Positions 35,063-44,520 of a stretch of 57,077 bases of DNA are shown here, one piece after another. The first letter of the stretch is position 1, and each line of letters opens with the position of its first letter. The DNA comes from a virus: the IMG/VR virus record IMGVR_UViG_3300045988_173429; one strand, given 5' to 3'. The position numbers and the translations under genes are program-made. A model generated the notes under the pieces. It saw nothing but the letters and a program-made list of their open reading frames with translations. It did no database searches and was not told the DNA's origin.

Positions 35063-36934
35063 ATGGCAGCAGGAGATATCATATTATCAGACGGGACAAC
35101 GATCACGCCGGAAGACTTGCAGAAGATTGCGGCAGCGGTGGAGGATTTGATTGCGTCTACGGCGAAAGATCCGGGGCAGTACGAAGAGGTAAGTTCACTT
35201 ACCGGTGTGTCCTCTCTTCCCGCCTTTCAGGTATTGGGTAGCACATATAAGCTTGTACGTGTTGCTCTGTCTGTCTTGAAGGGTGTAGATGGACGTGAAG
35301 TATTCTTGCAGGTAAATCAGGATAAAACCTATATCCAATGGCGTTATACGGACGGTAATTGGCAGAATCTTGTCGCTTTGTCCGATCTGAAAGGTACTGC
35401 CGGTGATACTCCTGTTTTCCGTACCGGTAGCACAGGCATTGAATGGAAGTACACCAGTGAAGAAGATACAGCTTATCGTGTACTTGTCCCTTACGATGAT
35501 TTGAAGTTGAAGTTTTCCGATCTAACGCCGGAACAGAAAGACGAGTTGAAATTGCATTTTTCTGATTTGACGGAAGAAGATAAGGCAGAATTGAAGGGTG
35601 AAAAGGGTGATATTGGTCCGCAAGGTCTTAGAGGAGAACAAGGGATTCAAGGAGAAACAGGCCCGCAGGGACCTATTGGCGAAACTGGTCCACAAGGCCC
35701 TGTTGGGCCTAAAGGCGAGCAGGGAGTAAAAGGCGATAAAGGAGATACGGGAAGTGGTTTTAAGGTACTTGGATATTTTAGCACGCAGGAAGAATTAGAG
35801 TCTGGAATAGTTTCCCCACAAGCTGGTGATGCTTATGGCGTTGGTAAAGGTGCTCCGTACGACATTTATATTTATGATGCAATCAATTCCGTGTGGAAAA
35901 ACAATGGTCCGCTTCAAGGTGCTCAGGGTCCAAAAGGCGACAAAGGTGATACCGGTCCTCAAGGACCTCAAGGTGAAAGAGGTGATATAGGTCCTCAAGG
36001 TTTGCAGGGTATTCAAGGCGATCCTGGCCCTCAAGGTCCTACGGGAGAACAGGGCCCGAAAGGCGATAAAGGAGATCGAGGTCCAGAAGGTCCGCAAGGC
36101 CCAGCAGGAGAAGATGCGGCTATTACGGTAGATGCTCCAAAAGACGGAAAAACCTACGGGCGTAACAATGGGGCGTGGTCGGAGATAGTGGCGAGCAATC
36201 AGTATCTGGATGTTGCAACTTTATTCCCAGAGGAGAATGGTACATTGTCAGATGAAAATTATCAAAAGGTAGTTGATGCAGTAAATAAAGGAATAACAAC
36301 AGCAAGAATTGAGACTAACCCTGATGGATTTGGCCCGATAACAATTAATAATTCTACTGAAATATATGGTATTACAACAAATATTTTAGCGGTAGACCCC
36401 AGTGATCGTTCTATATGGTTGACAATAATAGCCATAATTATTAATAAGAGTGACAAGACCTATACTTTGGTATCTAATCGACAAAGTTTACAAAATACTG
36501 GCTCCGGTACAAAATACCTCTCCGACAACGGTGAATACCTCACTCCCCCTACCGCCACCTCCGCCACAGCGGGGTATATGTCGGCGGAGGACAAGAAGAG
36601 GGTGGATGATATAGTAAATTTCGGCACAGGGAGTAATGCTGTCACCACTCTTGTGAATATACCGACAAGCAAGAGGTTGGTTAAGGCTACCCTATCCTCC
36701 GCTTCAAACCTGTCGATAAATGAGTCTGCAAGGGCATTGAATGTAGGCGAAGAGATATATCTTGATTGTAATCCTACCGCTTCTTTTACGCAGCCCATCC
36801 CTACTACTGGCAGTTTTAGATCAATGTCCGGTAGTTCTATTACCACTACTTCCGGCGTGCCTTTCGAGATGTCCATTTTGAAGATCGCTACGAGTGGTGT
36901 CATGTATTCAATAACCGTTAAAGAGAAGGATTGA
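35063..36934 (+). CDS. collagen-like repeat tail fibre protein
   Basis: Two Gly-X-Y blocks ([26 protein letters not shown]... and [23 protein letters not shown]...). Confidence 0.8.
   Translation: MAAGDIILSDGTTITPEDLQKIAAAVEDLIASTAKDPGQYEEVSSLTGVSSLPAFQVLGSTYKLVRVALSVLKGVDGREVFLQVNQDKTYIQWRYTDGNWQNLVALSDLKGTAGDTPVFRTGSTGIEWKYTSEEDTAYRVLVPYDDLKLKFSDLTPEQKDELKLHFSDLTEEDKAELKGEKGDIGPQGLRGEQGIQGETGPQGPIGETGPQGPVGPKGEQGVKGDKGDTGSGFKVLGYFSTQEELESGIVSPQAGDAYGVGKGAPYDIYIYDAINSVWKNNGPLQGAQGPKGDKGDTGPQGPQGERGDIGPQGLQGIQGDPGPQGPTGEQGPKGDKGDRGPEGPQGPAGEDAAITVDAPKDGKTYGRNNGAWSEIVASNQYLDVATLFPEENGTLSDENYQKVVDAVNKGITTARIETNPDGFGPITINNSTEIYGITTNILAVDPSDRSIWLTIIAIIINKSDKTYTLVSNRQSLQNTGSGTKYLSDNGEYLTPPTATSATAGYMSAEDKKRVDDIVNFGTGSNAVTTLVNIPTSKRLVKATLSSASNLSINESARALNVGEEIYLDCNPTASFTQPIPTTGSFRSMSGSSITTTSGVPFEMSILKIATSGVMYSITVKEKD
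35597..35758 (+). repeat. collagen G-X-Y block 1 (about 18 triplets)
   Basis: aa 179-232 of the fibre protein. Confidence 0.85.
35918..36109 (+). repeat. collagen G-X-Y block 2 (about 21 triplets)
   Basis: aa 286-349 of the fibre protein. Confidence 0.85.
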
Positions 36935-36935
36935 T

Positions 36936-37658
36936 ATGTTGAGAAGAAGGACGATAGGAAGTAAGAAGTTAGTATTCTTTCAGAAGCGGTTTTATCCGGC
37001 AGGAAATTACACATGGACGGTTCCACCTGGATGTACGGAGGTTGATGTGTTTCTTGTCGGTGGTGGGTGCGGAGGCAATAGAGGATATACAGATACAGGA
37101 GGAGCTGGAGGATATACAAAAACCTTTAAAAAAGATACATCCGGATGGAGAGATGGTGATGCTATCCCTGTTATACCGGGTCAGTTAATTTCAATAATAG
37201 TTGGCAAAGGAAGTAGTAGAAGTTCTAATAGTACTCCACCTAATGATGGTGGATACTCGCAATTTCTAAACTCGAATTATAGAGCTTATGGAGGGAGTAT
37301 GTATGGATACGAAAATAGTCCATGGCATTCAGATGGCGGTTCAGGTAGCGGTGGAGGAGGTTCTATAGGAGGTAATGGCGGTTCGGATGGTGGTAATGGA
37401 TCAAACGGCAGCGCTCATGAAGGAGGTATAGGACAAGGTCATACGACTCGAGATTTTGGGGAATCTTCAGGTAAACGGAATGCTGCTGGTGGTGGAGGTG
37501 GTGGTAGTGAAAGATATGGAAAAGCAGGAGTATCTGACTATACAGAAGGTAAAGGAAGTGGAGTAAATGGTGGCGGTGGTTATGGTGGTGGTGGTGGATC
37601 AGAAGGTGACGGCGGTGATGGCACTGTCCTGATCCGATACTGGGCTTACGAAGAATAA
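36936..37658 (+). CDS. glycine-rich domain protein
   Basis: YTWTVPPGCTEVDVFLVGGGCGGNRG and long GGxGG runs. Common next to phage fibre genes. Confidence 0.6.
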   Translation: MLRRRTIGSKKLVFFQKRFYPAGNYTWTVPPGCTEVDVFLVGGGCGGNRGYTDTGGAGGYTKTFKKDTSGWRDGDAIPVIPGQLISIIVGKGSSRSSNSTPPNDGGYSQFLNSNYRAYGGSMYGYENSPWHSDGGSGSGGGGSIGGNGGSDGGNGSNGSAHEGGIGQGHTTRDFGESSGKRNAAGGGGGGSERYGKAGVSDYTEGKGSGVNGGGGYGGGGGSEGDGGDGTVLIRYWAYEE

Positions 37659-37675
37659 AAACAAATATAAGTGAT

Positions 37676-38704
37676 ATGAGTAAATATATATACATACAAA
37701 AAGACGCAGCAAACATATATGTCACAATGCCGGAAAAGCTCGATACAGCAAACAACGATATCGGCACAACATGGGAAGATTATGTTGCAGGAAAGTACGT
37801 TTTGCTGACAGAAGAACAGATTGCCTTTAAAGAGGCAAACGAAGGTGCATCCGTAGAAGAAGTGTTCAATATGCAATTGACGCCTATTCCCGAACCGACA
37901 CCGGAAGAAAAACTTCAAATTGCAAAAGACTTGAAGCGTCAGGAAGTCTACAACACCGACTACCGGCACTATTACATAGAGGACAACGATGTATATACAT
38001 ACGACCGTTTGTCTCTAAAAGACCAGTGTGCCCGAAAAGATACGGTTGAAGTAAACGGGAAATCGTATAAATCATCTCTGTTATTGGAAGCTCTCAATGA
38101 GATGGCAGACTATAATGATATCTGTATAGGTCTATCAGAAAAGTTACTCTCTGATATTGAAGCTGCCGAGACAGTGGAAGATGTAGAAGCGATTGAGGTG
38201 ACAGGCTATCCCGATGTAATCCATAGAACAACAGCCGAATTACAGGAAGCCGTAAAATACACGGAAACGCACGATTCAGAGAAGCAACTATCCCGTATCA
38301 CCCGTAAATCTGTGTCTGCAATGTCACTGACGGATGATGAAGCGATTGGTGCCAAATACGCACATGCGGAATGGAAAGAATTTATTAACGGGAAGTTGGA
38401 AACCGGCAACCGGGTAATTAACGATGACTGGTTATGGAAAGTCCGGCAACCGATAAATCCGGTTCTCGAAATATATCCTCCTTCGGTAGATACGGCTGCT
38501 CTTTATGAGCGCATGGACGAAAATCACAAAGGCACGGAATACGATCCCAAACTCTATGCGCCAGGCATGACGCTTGAACAGGAAAAGTATTACACGGAAA
38601 TGGAAGACGGTGTAAGGAAGAAATATTACTGCTTTTATGGTACGATTAATCCGGTATATGCCCATTTGAAAGAATTGATTAACATAAATGTAAGATTGGT
38701 ATGA
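37676..38704 (+). CDS. hypothetical protein with CBM5/12-like C-terminal repeats
   Basis: GNRVINDDWLWKVRQPINP resembles the repeats in 23037..23696. Confidence 0.45.
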   Translation: MSKYIYIQKDAANIYVTMPEKLDTANNDIGTTWEDYVAGKYVLLTEEQIAFKEANEGASVEEVFNMQLTPIPEPTPEEKLQIAKDLKRQEVYNTDYRHYYIEDNDVYTYDRLSLKDQCARKDTVEVNGKSYKSSLLLEALNEMADYNDICIGLSEKLLSDIEAAETVEDVEAIEVTGYPDVIHRTTAELQEAVKYTETHDSEKQLSRITRKSVSAMSLTDDEAIGAKYAHAEWKEFINGKLETGNRVINDDWLWKVRQPINPVLEIYPPSVDTAALYERMDENHKGTEYDPKLYAPGMTLEQEKYYTEMEDGVRKKYYCFYGTINPVYAHLKELININVRLV

Positions 38705-39213
38705 TAACTATTTTGACGATTATTTCAATGCTTGTTATTGCGGCCTACACGGCTGCCGTGTGTGTAAAGACTAAGGGTGTACCTTATTCCATAAGTGCAA
38801 CCTATTACTACCTGGAGCATAAATTGTGGTTTATGGCAACAATGTGGCTGACTGCCGGTTTATTGATGCCTGCAATATTGGAGGTAAGTAAACCAAACAC
38901 GGAATGGGTTGCATTTCTGTCCTGTGCTGGCATGTTCTTTGTTGGTTCAGCTCCCAATTTCAAAGATGATTATGAGAGCAAGATACATTCTGCTGGAGCA
39001 ATCATCTGTATTGCCGGATCGCAACTTTGGGTGGCATTGAACCTCTGGCCAATGTTGTTAGTATGGCTTGCCTATGTAGGGTATACTGCATTAAGCATTG
39101 CCAAAGAAAAAGAGGGCACATTTTGGTATAAGTTCTACCAGAGCAAGCCGATGTTCTGGATTGAGATAGCAGCCTTATTATCCACTTATTTAGGCATATT
39201 ATTTTTACTTTAA
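38701..39213 (+). CDS. multi-pass membrane protein (holin candidate)
   Basis: 170 aa with about 5-6 hydrophobic segments, first gene of the lysis-like block. Confidence 0.35.
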   Translation: MITILTIISMLVIAAYTAAVCVKTKGVPYSISATYYYLEHKLWFMATMWLTAGLLMPAILEVSKPNTEWVAFLSCAGMFFVGSAPNFKDDYESKIHSAGAIICIAGSQLWVALNLWPMLLVWLAYVGYTALSIAKEKEGTFWYKFYQSKPMFWIEIAALLSTYLGILFLL

Positions 39214-39585
39214 ATGATGGAAATGCAAGAAATAGTCCAGTTGATAGGATCATTTATCAGCGCAGCAGGCCTGCCGTTAATTGGAGCATTCATGTTTTAT
39301 GAATCTCGAAAACGTAAGGCTGCCGCAGAAGCTAAAAAAGCAGAAGCGGATAACATTACTCAGTATGCTGATGAATGGAAAGAATTATACGAGAAAAAGG
39401 AAAAAAGAGTGGGTGAACTGGATACTAAAATAGATACTTTGTATGCAAAAATAGAAGAATTGCGTCAGCGTATCCGTGAGCTAACTGAAAAGAATACGGA
39501 ATTGATAATTAGGAATAGTGCTCTTGATTTTCGGAAATGTAATAAACATGGATGTCCAGATCGAGAGCCACCCAGTGAGTTTTAG
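39214..39585 (+). CDS. N-terminal TM + coiled-coil protein (holin/i-spanin-like)
   Basis: IVQLIGSFISAAGLPLIGAFMFY followed by a charged coiled coil. Confidence 0.35.
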   Translation: MMEMQEIVQLIGSFISAAGLPLIGAFMFYESRKRKAAAEAKKAEADNITQYADEWKELYEKKEKRVGELDTKIDTLYAKIEELRQRIRELTEKNTELIIRNSALDFRKCNKHGCPDREPPSEF

Positions 39586-39618
39586 ACAAGTTTAATTTAG
39601 ATAATGGAGTAATATATT

Positions 39619-40020
39619 ATGACAGCAAGAGGACTTAGAAATAACAATCCTGGTAATATTCGGATTAATAACGACTTGTTCCAAGGAGAAGTAAGGCCCA
39701 GTGAGGATAAGTCGTTTAAGCAATTTACAACAATGGCTTACGGATACCGGGCTATGTTTAAAATATTATCTAACTACTTCAAAAATTACAAGCTCGACAC
39801 TATCCGTAAGCTGATTACCCGTTGGGCCCCACCGGAGGATAATAACCATACGGAAGCCTACATTATGGCTGTATCTGATTATGCCGGAATCCCGGCCGAC
39901 GATCCGATCAATGTAAATGACCGTGAGCAGATGATCCGTATTGTGGCAGGTATGAGCCGTGTGGAGAATGGGGTAGAGGCTGATATGCCAGATGTGATTG
40001 ACGGATGGAGCTTGTTATGA
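39619..40020 (+). CDS. putative cell-wall hydrolase (endolysin candidate)
   Basis: GLRNNNPGNIR motif near the N-terminus. Position between membrane proteins. The family assignment is from memory only. Confidence 0.3.
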   Translation: MTARGLRNNNPGNIRINNDLFQGEVRPSEDKSFKQFTTMAYGYRAMFKILSNYFKNYKLDTIRKLITRWAPPEDNNHTEAYIMAVSDYAGIPADDPINVNDREQMIRIVAGMSRVENGVEADMPDVIDGWSLL

Positions 40021-40451
40021 TGGACGAAAGAGACAAAGACGAATTATTAGGTGGTTTGATCGGGTTATTGATAATAGCACTGATCTGTATGCTTACATCT
40101 TGCCGTACGCAAGTCCGTTATGTCCCGGTTGAAACGGTCAGAATTGATAGCGTGTTCTTTAACTCGGCCCGGATCGATAGCGTGCTTATACATGATTCGG
40201 TCTCTGTAATTCAAAGAGGCGATACCGTTGCCGAATATCGGTACAGGTACATCTATAAGTACAAGGACAGGGTAGACACGCTATATATAAACCGAACAGA
40301 TACTATCCGAGTACCATACCCGGTTGAAATCGAAAAGAGGCTGACAGTCTGGCAACGGATGAAGATAGAAGTAGGCGGCTGGGCGATGGCGGCTGTCATT
40401 GTCATAATACTGATCGTTGTTGGCCGGATGGTTTACAAACTGAAGCAGTAG
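40017..40451 (+). CDS. unimolecular-spanin-like protein (N-terminal lipobox + C-terminal TM)
   Basis: LICMLTSC lipobox and C-terminal WAMAAVIVIILIVVGRMVY. ATGA overlap with the upstream stop. Confidence 0.5.
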   Translation: MMDERDKDELLGGLIGLLIIALICMLTSCRTQVRYVPVETVRIDSVFFNSARIDSVLIHDSVSVIQRGDTVAEYRYRYIYKYKDRVDTLYINRTDTIRVPYPVEIEKRLTVWQRMKIEVGGWAMAAVIVIILIVVGRMVYKLKQ

Positions 40452-40476
40452 ACTTTTGTTCATAGTCTCTTCCTAT

Positions 40477-40632
40477 GGGGCTGGGAAGTAAAATAAAAGC
40501 CCCCAACGTATCACGTTTAACTGCTACATAAAACTGATACACAAGCATAGACACTCGCACGTTGGGGACTTAATATCTTCAACATGAATGTCTATGCTTT
40601 TGTTGCATTATGTGCGATAAGTTTTATGTAGC
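40477..40632. other. cluster of nested/crossing inverted repeats
   Basis: GGGGCT/AGCCCC (40477/40498). CCCCAACGT/ACGTTGGGG (40501/40559). GCTACATAAAACT/AGTTTTATGTAGC (40523/40620). AAGCATAGACA/TGTCTATGCTT (40543/40589). Confidence 0.75.
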
Positions 40633-40664
40633 AAAGGCAAAGATATAACTAAAATTCAAACATT

Positions 40665-40970
40665 ATGTGTAAATCTGAAATCTTTGCCAAAATATTAAGA
40701 ATTGTCTCTAAAGAGACAGAAGTATCAGAAGACCTGATACTGTCAAAGTGTAAACGAAGTGATATTGTTGATTCACGCGGTATCATGGTTGTTATACTAT
40801 CTGAATATAAATTCAGTGAATCTCAAATATCGTCATTTACCGGATTTACGCAGCAATCGATCAACAAGTTGAAAAATATCTACCCTGACAGAATACGCAG
40901 AAATTATCTGCTAAAGGTTATAGTTAGGAATATACGTGAGTCGCTTGATATGCCATTAAGGTGTTTGTAA
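40665..40970 (+). CDS. DnaA-domain-IV-like HTH protein (possible regulator)
   Basis: LSKCKRSDIVDSRGIMVVILSEYKFSESQISSFTGFTQQSINKL parallels the DnaA C-terminal stretch [35 protein letters not shown]. Confidence 0.55.
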   Translation: MCKSEIFAKILRIVSKETEVSEDLILSKCKRSDIVDSRGIMVVILSEYKFSESQISSFTGFTQQSINKLKNIYPDRIRRNYLLKVIVRNIRESLDMPLRCL

Positions 40971-41079
40971 ATTAAGATAACATATTTGTTATGAAGAAAC
41001 ATTGCATAGTTTTTATAGGAGGCTAATACAGAAAAGATAAGGGAACAAGTAAAAAAATCAGACAGTTTAACAACAACTT

Positions 41080-41123
41080 TACAACAATCCTACAACAATC
41101 CTACAACAATCCTACAACATTCT
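41080..41123 (+). repeat. 11-bp tandem repeat TACAACAATCC x4
   Basis: Copies at 41080, 41091, 41102 and 41113 (the last degenerate). About 75 nt upstream of the ATG at 41199. Confidence 0.9.
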
Positions 41124-41198
41124 ACCATTCAATACAATTACTGTTTTGCGACATTTGCGATGCGGTTGATATTGACCGTAACTAAGATTTAAAATACA

Positions 41199-42170
41199 AT
41201 GGAAAAAACTTATGTATTTAATCAAGACGGGGCAGGTGGAACGAGTAACGGCTTACTTGCATCAATCCTTCCGTCTTTGCAGAACAGGGGTATTGACACA
41301 GGTTACCTCATGGGATTAATGAACGGTGGAGGCGGTAACGGTGGTTTCTTCGGGAACAACGGCGGTTTTCAGGACATTATTGCGTTGATTGTGATTGCTG
41401 CCATCTTTGGCAACGGCAACTTCGGTTTTGGAGGAAACAACAATCAGGGTGCCAATGAAGGAAGAGACATGATTATGCAAATGCTTAATCGCAACGGTGT
41501 GGACATCGCATCACTTGCCCAGGCGTTGAATTTATCTTCAGACCAAATCCTTGCTGGTATTAACTCTGTATCTCAGGCAATATGCGGTTTAGGCAATCAG
41601 ATGGGACAGAATACCAACAGTATCATTACTGCAATTATGCAGGGCAATCAATCTATCTCTGCTCAATTAGCCGATTGTTGCTGCAAAACGCAGACTGCGA
41701 TTGAACGACAGGGGTATGAAAGTCGCTTAGCGAGTTGCGAAAACATGAATACGCTTACACGTACAATGGAAGGGAATACTCGTTCTTTGTCGGACGCTTA
41801 CCGTGAAGGATTCCAGGCTATTGTAGCCAAGATGGATGCCGCAGAGGCACGCCGTCAGCAGGAAGCCCTTGCTGCAAGGGATGCAAGAATTGCAGTTTTG
41901 GAGGGGGAAATCTCTCAGCGTAATCAGAATGCGACAATCTTGAGCAACTTCGGTCAGCAGATCGCGCCGTTGGTAGCCGGCTTGCAGGCATTGCAAAGTG
42001 ATGTAGACGGTATCAAGTGCAAGATGCCTCCAACGGTATCCGTTCCTTATCCACAGTTGCAGGTGTATAACCCGGAAACCTATCGTGCGGCCGCTTTCGG
42101 TGCTTATGCCGGTGACGCGGCTTATGGACGCGGCGGTTACGGATGTGGTTGCAATAACTACTGGGGTTGA
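41199..42170 (+). CDS. Gly/Asn-rich + coiled-coil protein of unknown function
   Basis: GGGGNGGFFGNNGG, hydrophobic IIALIVIAAIF, CCCK, Ala/Gln-rich coiled coil, C-terminal GRGGYGCGCNNYWG. GC-rich coding sequence. Confidence 0.65.
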   Translation: MEKTYVFNQDGAGGTSNGLLASILPSLQNRGIDTGYLMGLMNGGGGNGGFFGNNGGFQDIIALIVIAAIFGNGNFGFGGNNNQGANEGRDMIMQMLNRNGVDIASLAQALNLSSDQILAGINSVSQAICGLGNQMGQNTNSIITAIMQGNQSISAQLADCCCKTQTAIERQGYESRLASCENMNTLTRTMEGNTRSLSDAYREGFQAIVAKMDAAEARRQQEALAARDARIAVLEGEISQRNQNATILSNFGQQIAPLVAGLQALQSDVDGIKCKMPPTVSVPYPQLQVYNPETYRAAAFGAYAGDAAYGRGGYGCGCNNYWG

Positions 42171-42193
42171 TCCGGGTAAGAAAGGAGGTAATT

Positions 42194-42610
42194 ATGTGGC
42201 CTAACTTTTTTACAGGATTTCCTTTTCCGTTCCCTTCACTTGGCAGGGCAAACTTTAACACCTTGCCAACGGTGGCTGTGACGGTAGGGACGGAGAACGT
42301 GACATTAGAGCTTCCGAACCATGCGTTTCGTAACCGGGATTATGTAGGCGGTTTCTATGTCAATATCCGTCAAGCTATCCCGGCTGGAACAACAGCAACA
42401 CTGCCCATTCTGATAGGGACGAACGGGGACACGAGACCGTTGATGGCTTACGGCGATGTGCCTGTGCGAGTAGAGAACCTTGCCGGTCCGGGTATCTATG
42501 AGATCCATTACAACAAATACACGAACGAATTGTATCTTGTTAATGGTGGATATAGACCGACAACTACTCCGGCTCCTACAGCAGAAACGGCTTCTTTGCG
42601 AAGCAAGTAG
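42194..42610 (+). CDS. hypothetical protein
   Basis: AAAGGAGG 6 nt before the ATG. MWPNFFTGFPFPFPSLG... Pro/Thr-rich tail. Confidence 0.6.
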   Translation: MWPNFFTGFPFPFPSLGRANFNTLPTVAVTVGTENVTLELPNHAFRNRDYVGGFYVNIRQAIPAGTTATLPILIGTNGDTRPLMAYGDVPVRVENLAGPGIYEIHYNKYTNELYLVNGGYRPTTTPAPTAETASLRSK

Positions 42611-42679
42611 TAATTAACATGGAGCTCTGTGGTTGTTGTAAAAATTGCAATAACCACACTCCTTTAAAATCAAACAATC

Positions 42680-43216
42680 ATGTTTCAGAATCTTCGAGTA
42701 AATAATCAGTTGTATATTCTTCATAAGGAAGCCAAACATTTCATAGAGATTGGTTCTGTGGTAAGCGTTTCTGCACCCAAGCCTAAATATCCTATGCCCG
42801 CTCCTATGGGGCAGATACCTCAGATGGAGATGGTCGTAGATGTCGTGGCTAATATTAATGGTCAGAACACGACGTTTCAGAATCTTCCTTCCGGTAGTGA
42901 TATAGCCGACTTTGGGCAAAACGGGAATCTTGTTGTCTCATGTTCCCGCGATGCGATGAACAATGAAATATCCATGATAAAACAAAAAAGATTGGATAGG
43001 GTTAACAGTCGGGACTATGACCTCAGCGTGATAGCATCCTGCGATGAGATGTTGACAATGATCAATCCTGAGTTTGCAGAAAAGCAACGTCAAGAACAGG
43101 AAATCAACACCCTTAAGGCCCAGATGTCTGATATGAGCAAGAACATGTCTGAACTTATGGAGCTAAACAAGCAATTGATGCAACAGCTTGGAGTTAAGGA
43201 AACAACTAAAAAGTAA
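42680..43216 (+). CDS. hypothetical protein with C-terminal coiled coil
   Basis: 178-aa ORF. Confidence 0.6.
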   Translation: MFQNLRVNNQLYILHKEAKHFIEIGSVVSVSAPKPKYPMPAPMGQIPQMEMVVDVVANINGQNTTFQNLPSGSDIADFGQNGNLVVSCSRDAMNNEISMIKQKRLDRVNSRDYDLSVIASCDEMLTMINPEFAEKQRQEQEINTLKAQMSDMSKNMSELMELNKQLMQQLGVKETTKK

Positions 43217-43221
43217 TAATT

Positions 43222-43497
43222 ATGGGATCAAATAGAAAACTAGAAGAGCTTTTCAGAGAGTTCGATGCTTATGAAGACGAAGACTTGATGGAAGCGATAG
43301 AAGAAGCCTATAAACTTGGTTGCAAGGAAGGCAAGAGAAAAGCAATGGAAGGCGGTATGGGATTCCGAGACGATGACGATGACGACGACGATGAATTCCG
43401 CGATATGTGGAGACGCGGTGGAGAAGGTTTCGGTGAAAGGCGCGGCGTGAGAGGAACCGGACGGTATGCCGGGGAATACCGCAGACGCAGACGTTAA
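43222..43497 (+). CDS. small protein with poly-Asp run and Arg-rich tail
   Basis: FRDDDDDDDDEFRD...GEYRRRRR. Confidence 0.55.
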   Translation: MGSNRKLEELFREFDAYEDEDLMEAIEEAYKLGCKEGKRKAMEGGMGFRDDDDDDDDEFRDMWRRGGEGFGERRGVRGTGRYAGEYRRRRR

Positions 43498-43538
43498 ATC
43501 AGAAGGGGACATTGTGCCCCTTCTTAAAAAGTAAAGAT

Positions 43539-43949
43539 ATGAGATTAGATATGTACGATGATTTTCCTTCGGGGATGAAAGCTTATTTAAGCGCATATGG
43601 CTGGCATTTTTCTAAGGCTATGTGTGATTGGGCTATTTCCATGATGGAAAAAGAAGATGGAACTGGCAAGAAAATAAAGGTACAGCCCTGGACAAAAGAG
43701 CAGATCGACGAAATGCTTAAAAAATATAACGTCGATGTAAAGAAGAAAGGCGGCTATGACTATGTGTATGTTGCCAATATGTGCAAGGCTGATTTTCTTG
43801 GTTCCTCCGTTCCACACGATCAATATGCTGCTTTATACGTGAAGAACGTTTGCGACGATCCGGATGCTTACGATGGTATTGTATTTACTCGTTTCTATGC
43901 TGATTGCATCGGTTCTGGAACGCCTATTATTTGGGATGAAATGATGTAA
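43539..43949 (+). CDS. hypothetical protein
   Basis: From MRLDMYDD. Hairpin AGAAGGGG-N8-CCCCTTCT just upstream (43501..43524). Confidence 0.55.
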   Translation: MRLDMYDDFPSGMKAYLSAYGWHFSKAMCDWAISMMEKEDGTGKKIKVQPWTKEQIDEMLKKYNVDVKKKGGYDYVYVANMCKADFLGSSVPHDQYAALYVKNVCDDPDAYDGIVFTRFYADCIGSGTPIIWDEMM

Positions 43950-43951
43950 AT

Positions 43952-44398
43952 ATGATAAGAAGAGGCCTATACATAATGAAGTACGATTGGCAGGTGCATA
44001 TATTTTATCGTGTCACCTGCTATTATACGGAAGAGATCATAGGTTTGTTGAAATCAATAGATTGTCCGAAAGACAAGGCAAGAGAGGCTTACAATAATTT
44101 GGTGTCATGCAAACTTGATACCGGTGTCACGTACTCCAATTACAAGCTACGGAAATCTGTAATGGTCATAAGCAAGACTTCGTCTCCGGAAGAGTTTTTT
44201 AACTCCCTAAAGCACGAATGCCGCCATTTGGAGGATCATATAGCTACGGCATTTAAAATGCCTATAGGAGGTGAAGAAGTGGCGTATTTGGCCGGTTATT
44301 TAGGTAGGATGTTGTACGAGGATGTGCAGTTGTTTATATGCGACTGCCGCAAACATAAACGGGAAAAGTTATGCGTAAAGCGAATAAAAAAGAAATAA
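43952..44398 (+). CDS. hypothetical protein with HExxH motif
   Basis: LKHECRHLEDH contains H-E-C-R-H. Confidence 0.5.
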   Translation: MIRRGLYIMKYDWQVHIFYRVTCYYTEEIIGLLKSIDCPKDKAREAYNNLVSCKLDTGVTYSNYKLRKSVMVISKTSSPEEFFNSLKHECRHLEDHIATAFKMPIGGEEVAYLAGYLGRMLYEDVQLFICDCRKHKREKLCVKRIKKK

Positions 44399-44520
44399 GA
44401 AAATTAAAAAGGGAGTCAGCCAGACGCGAGATTGACCGCCTGGTTGACTCCCTTGACTTTGAGCCGGTCAACTTCAACGAGAAGGTGTGCCGGCTAAGGA
44501 GGCTGATGTGCCTGCTATGA
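44371..44520 (+). CDS. possible small basic protein (49 aa)
   Basis: MRKANKKEIRKLKRESARREIDRLVDSLDFEPVNFNEKVCRLRRLMCLL. Overlaps the upstream gene end out of frame and contains an 11-bp hairpin. Confidence 0.25.
   Translation: MRKANKKEIRKLKRESARREIDRLVDSLDFEPVNFNEKVCRLRRLMCLL

Noticed and set aside
36460-37119. 219-aa minus-strand ORF, and the His-rich ORF 37363..37767
   Set aside because: These are antisense artefacts of the fibre and Gly-rich (GGN repeat) genes. They overlap two well-supported plus-strand genes.
11031-44398. Stop-codon reassignment in late genes, as in some gut phages
   Set aside because: All late genes are intact long ORFs under the standard code. I saw no in-frame TAG/TGA clusters splitting expected genes.
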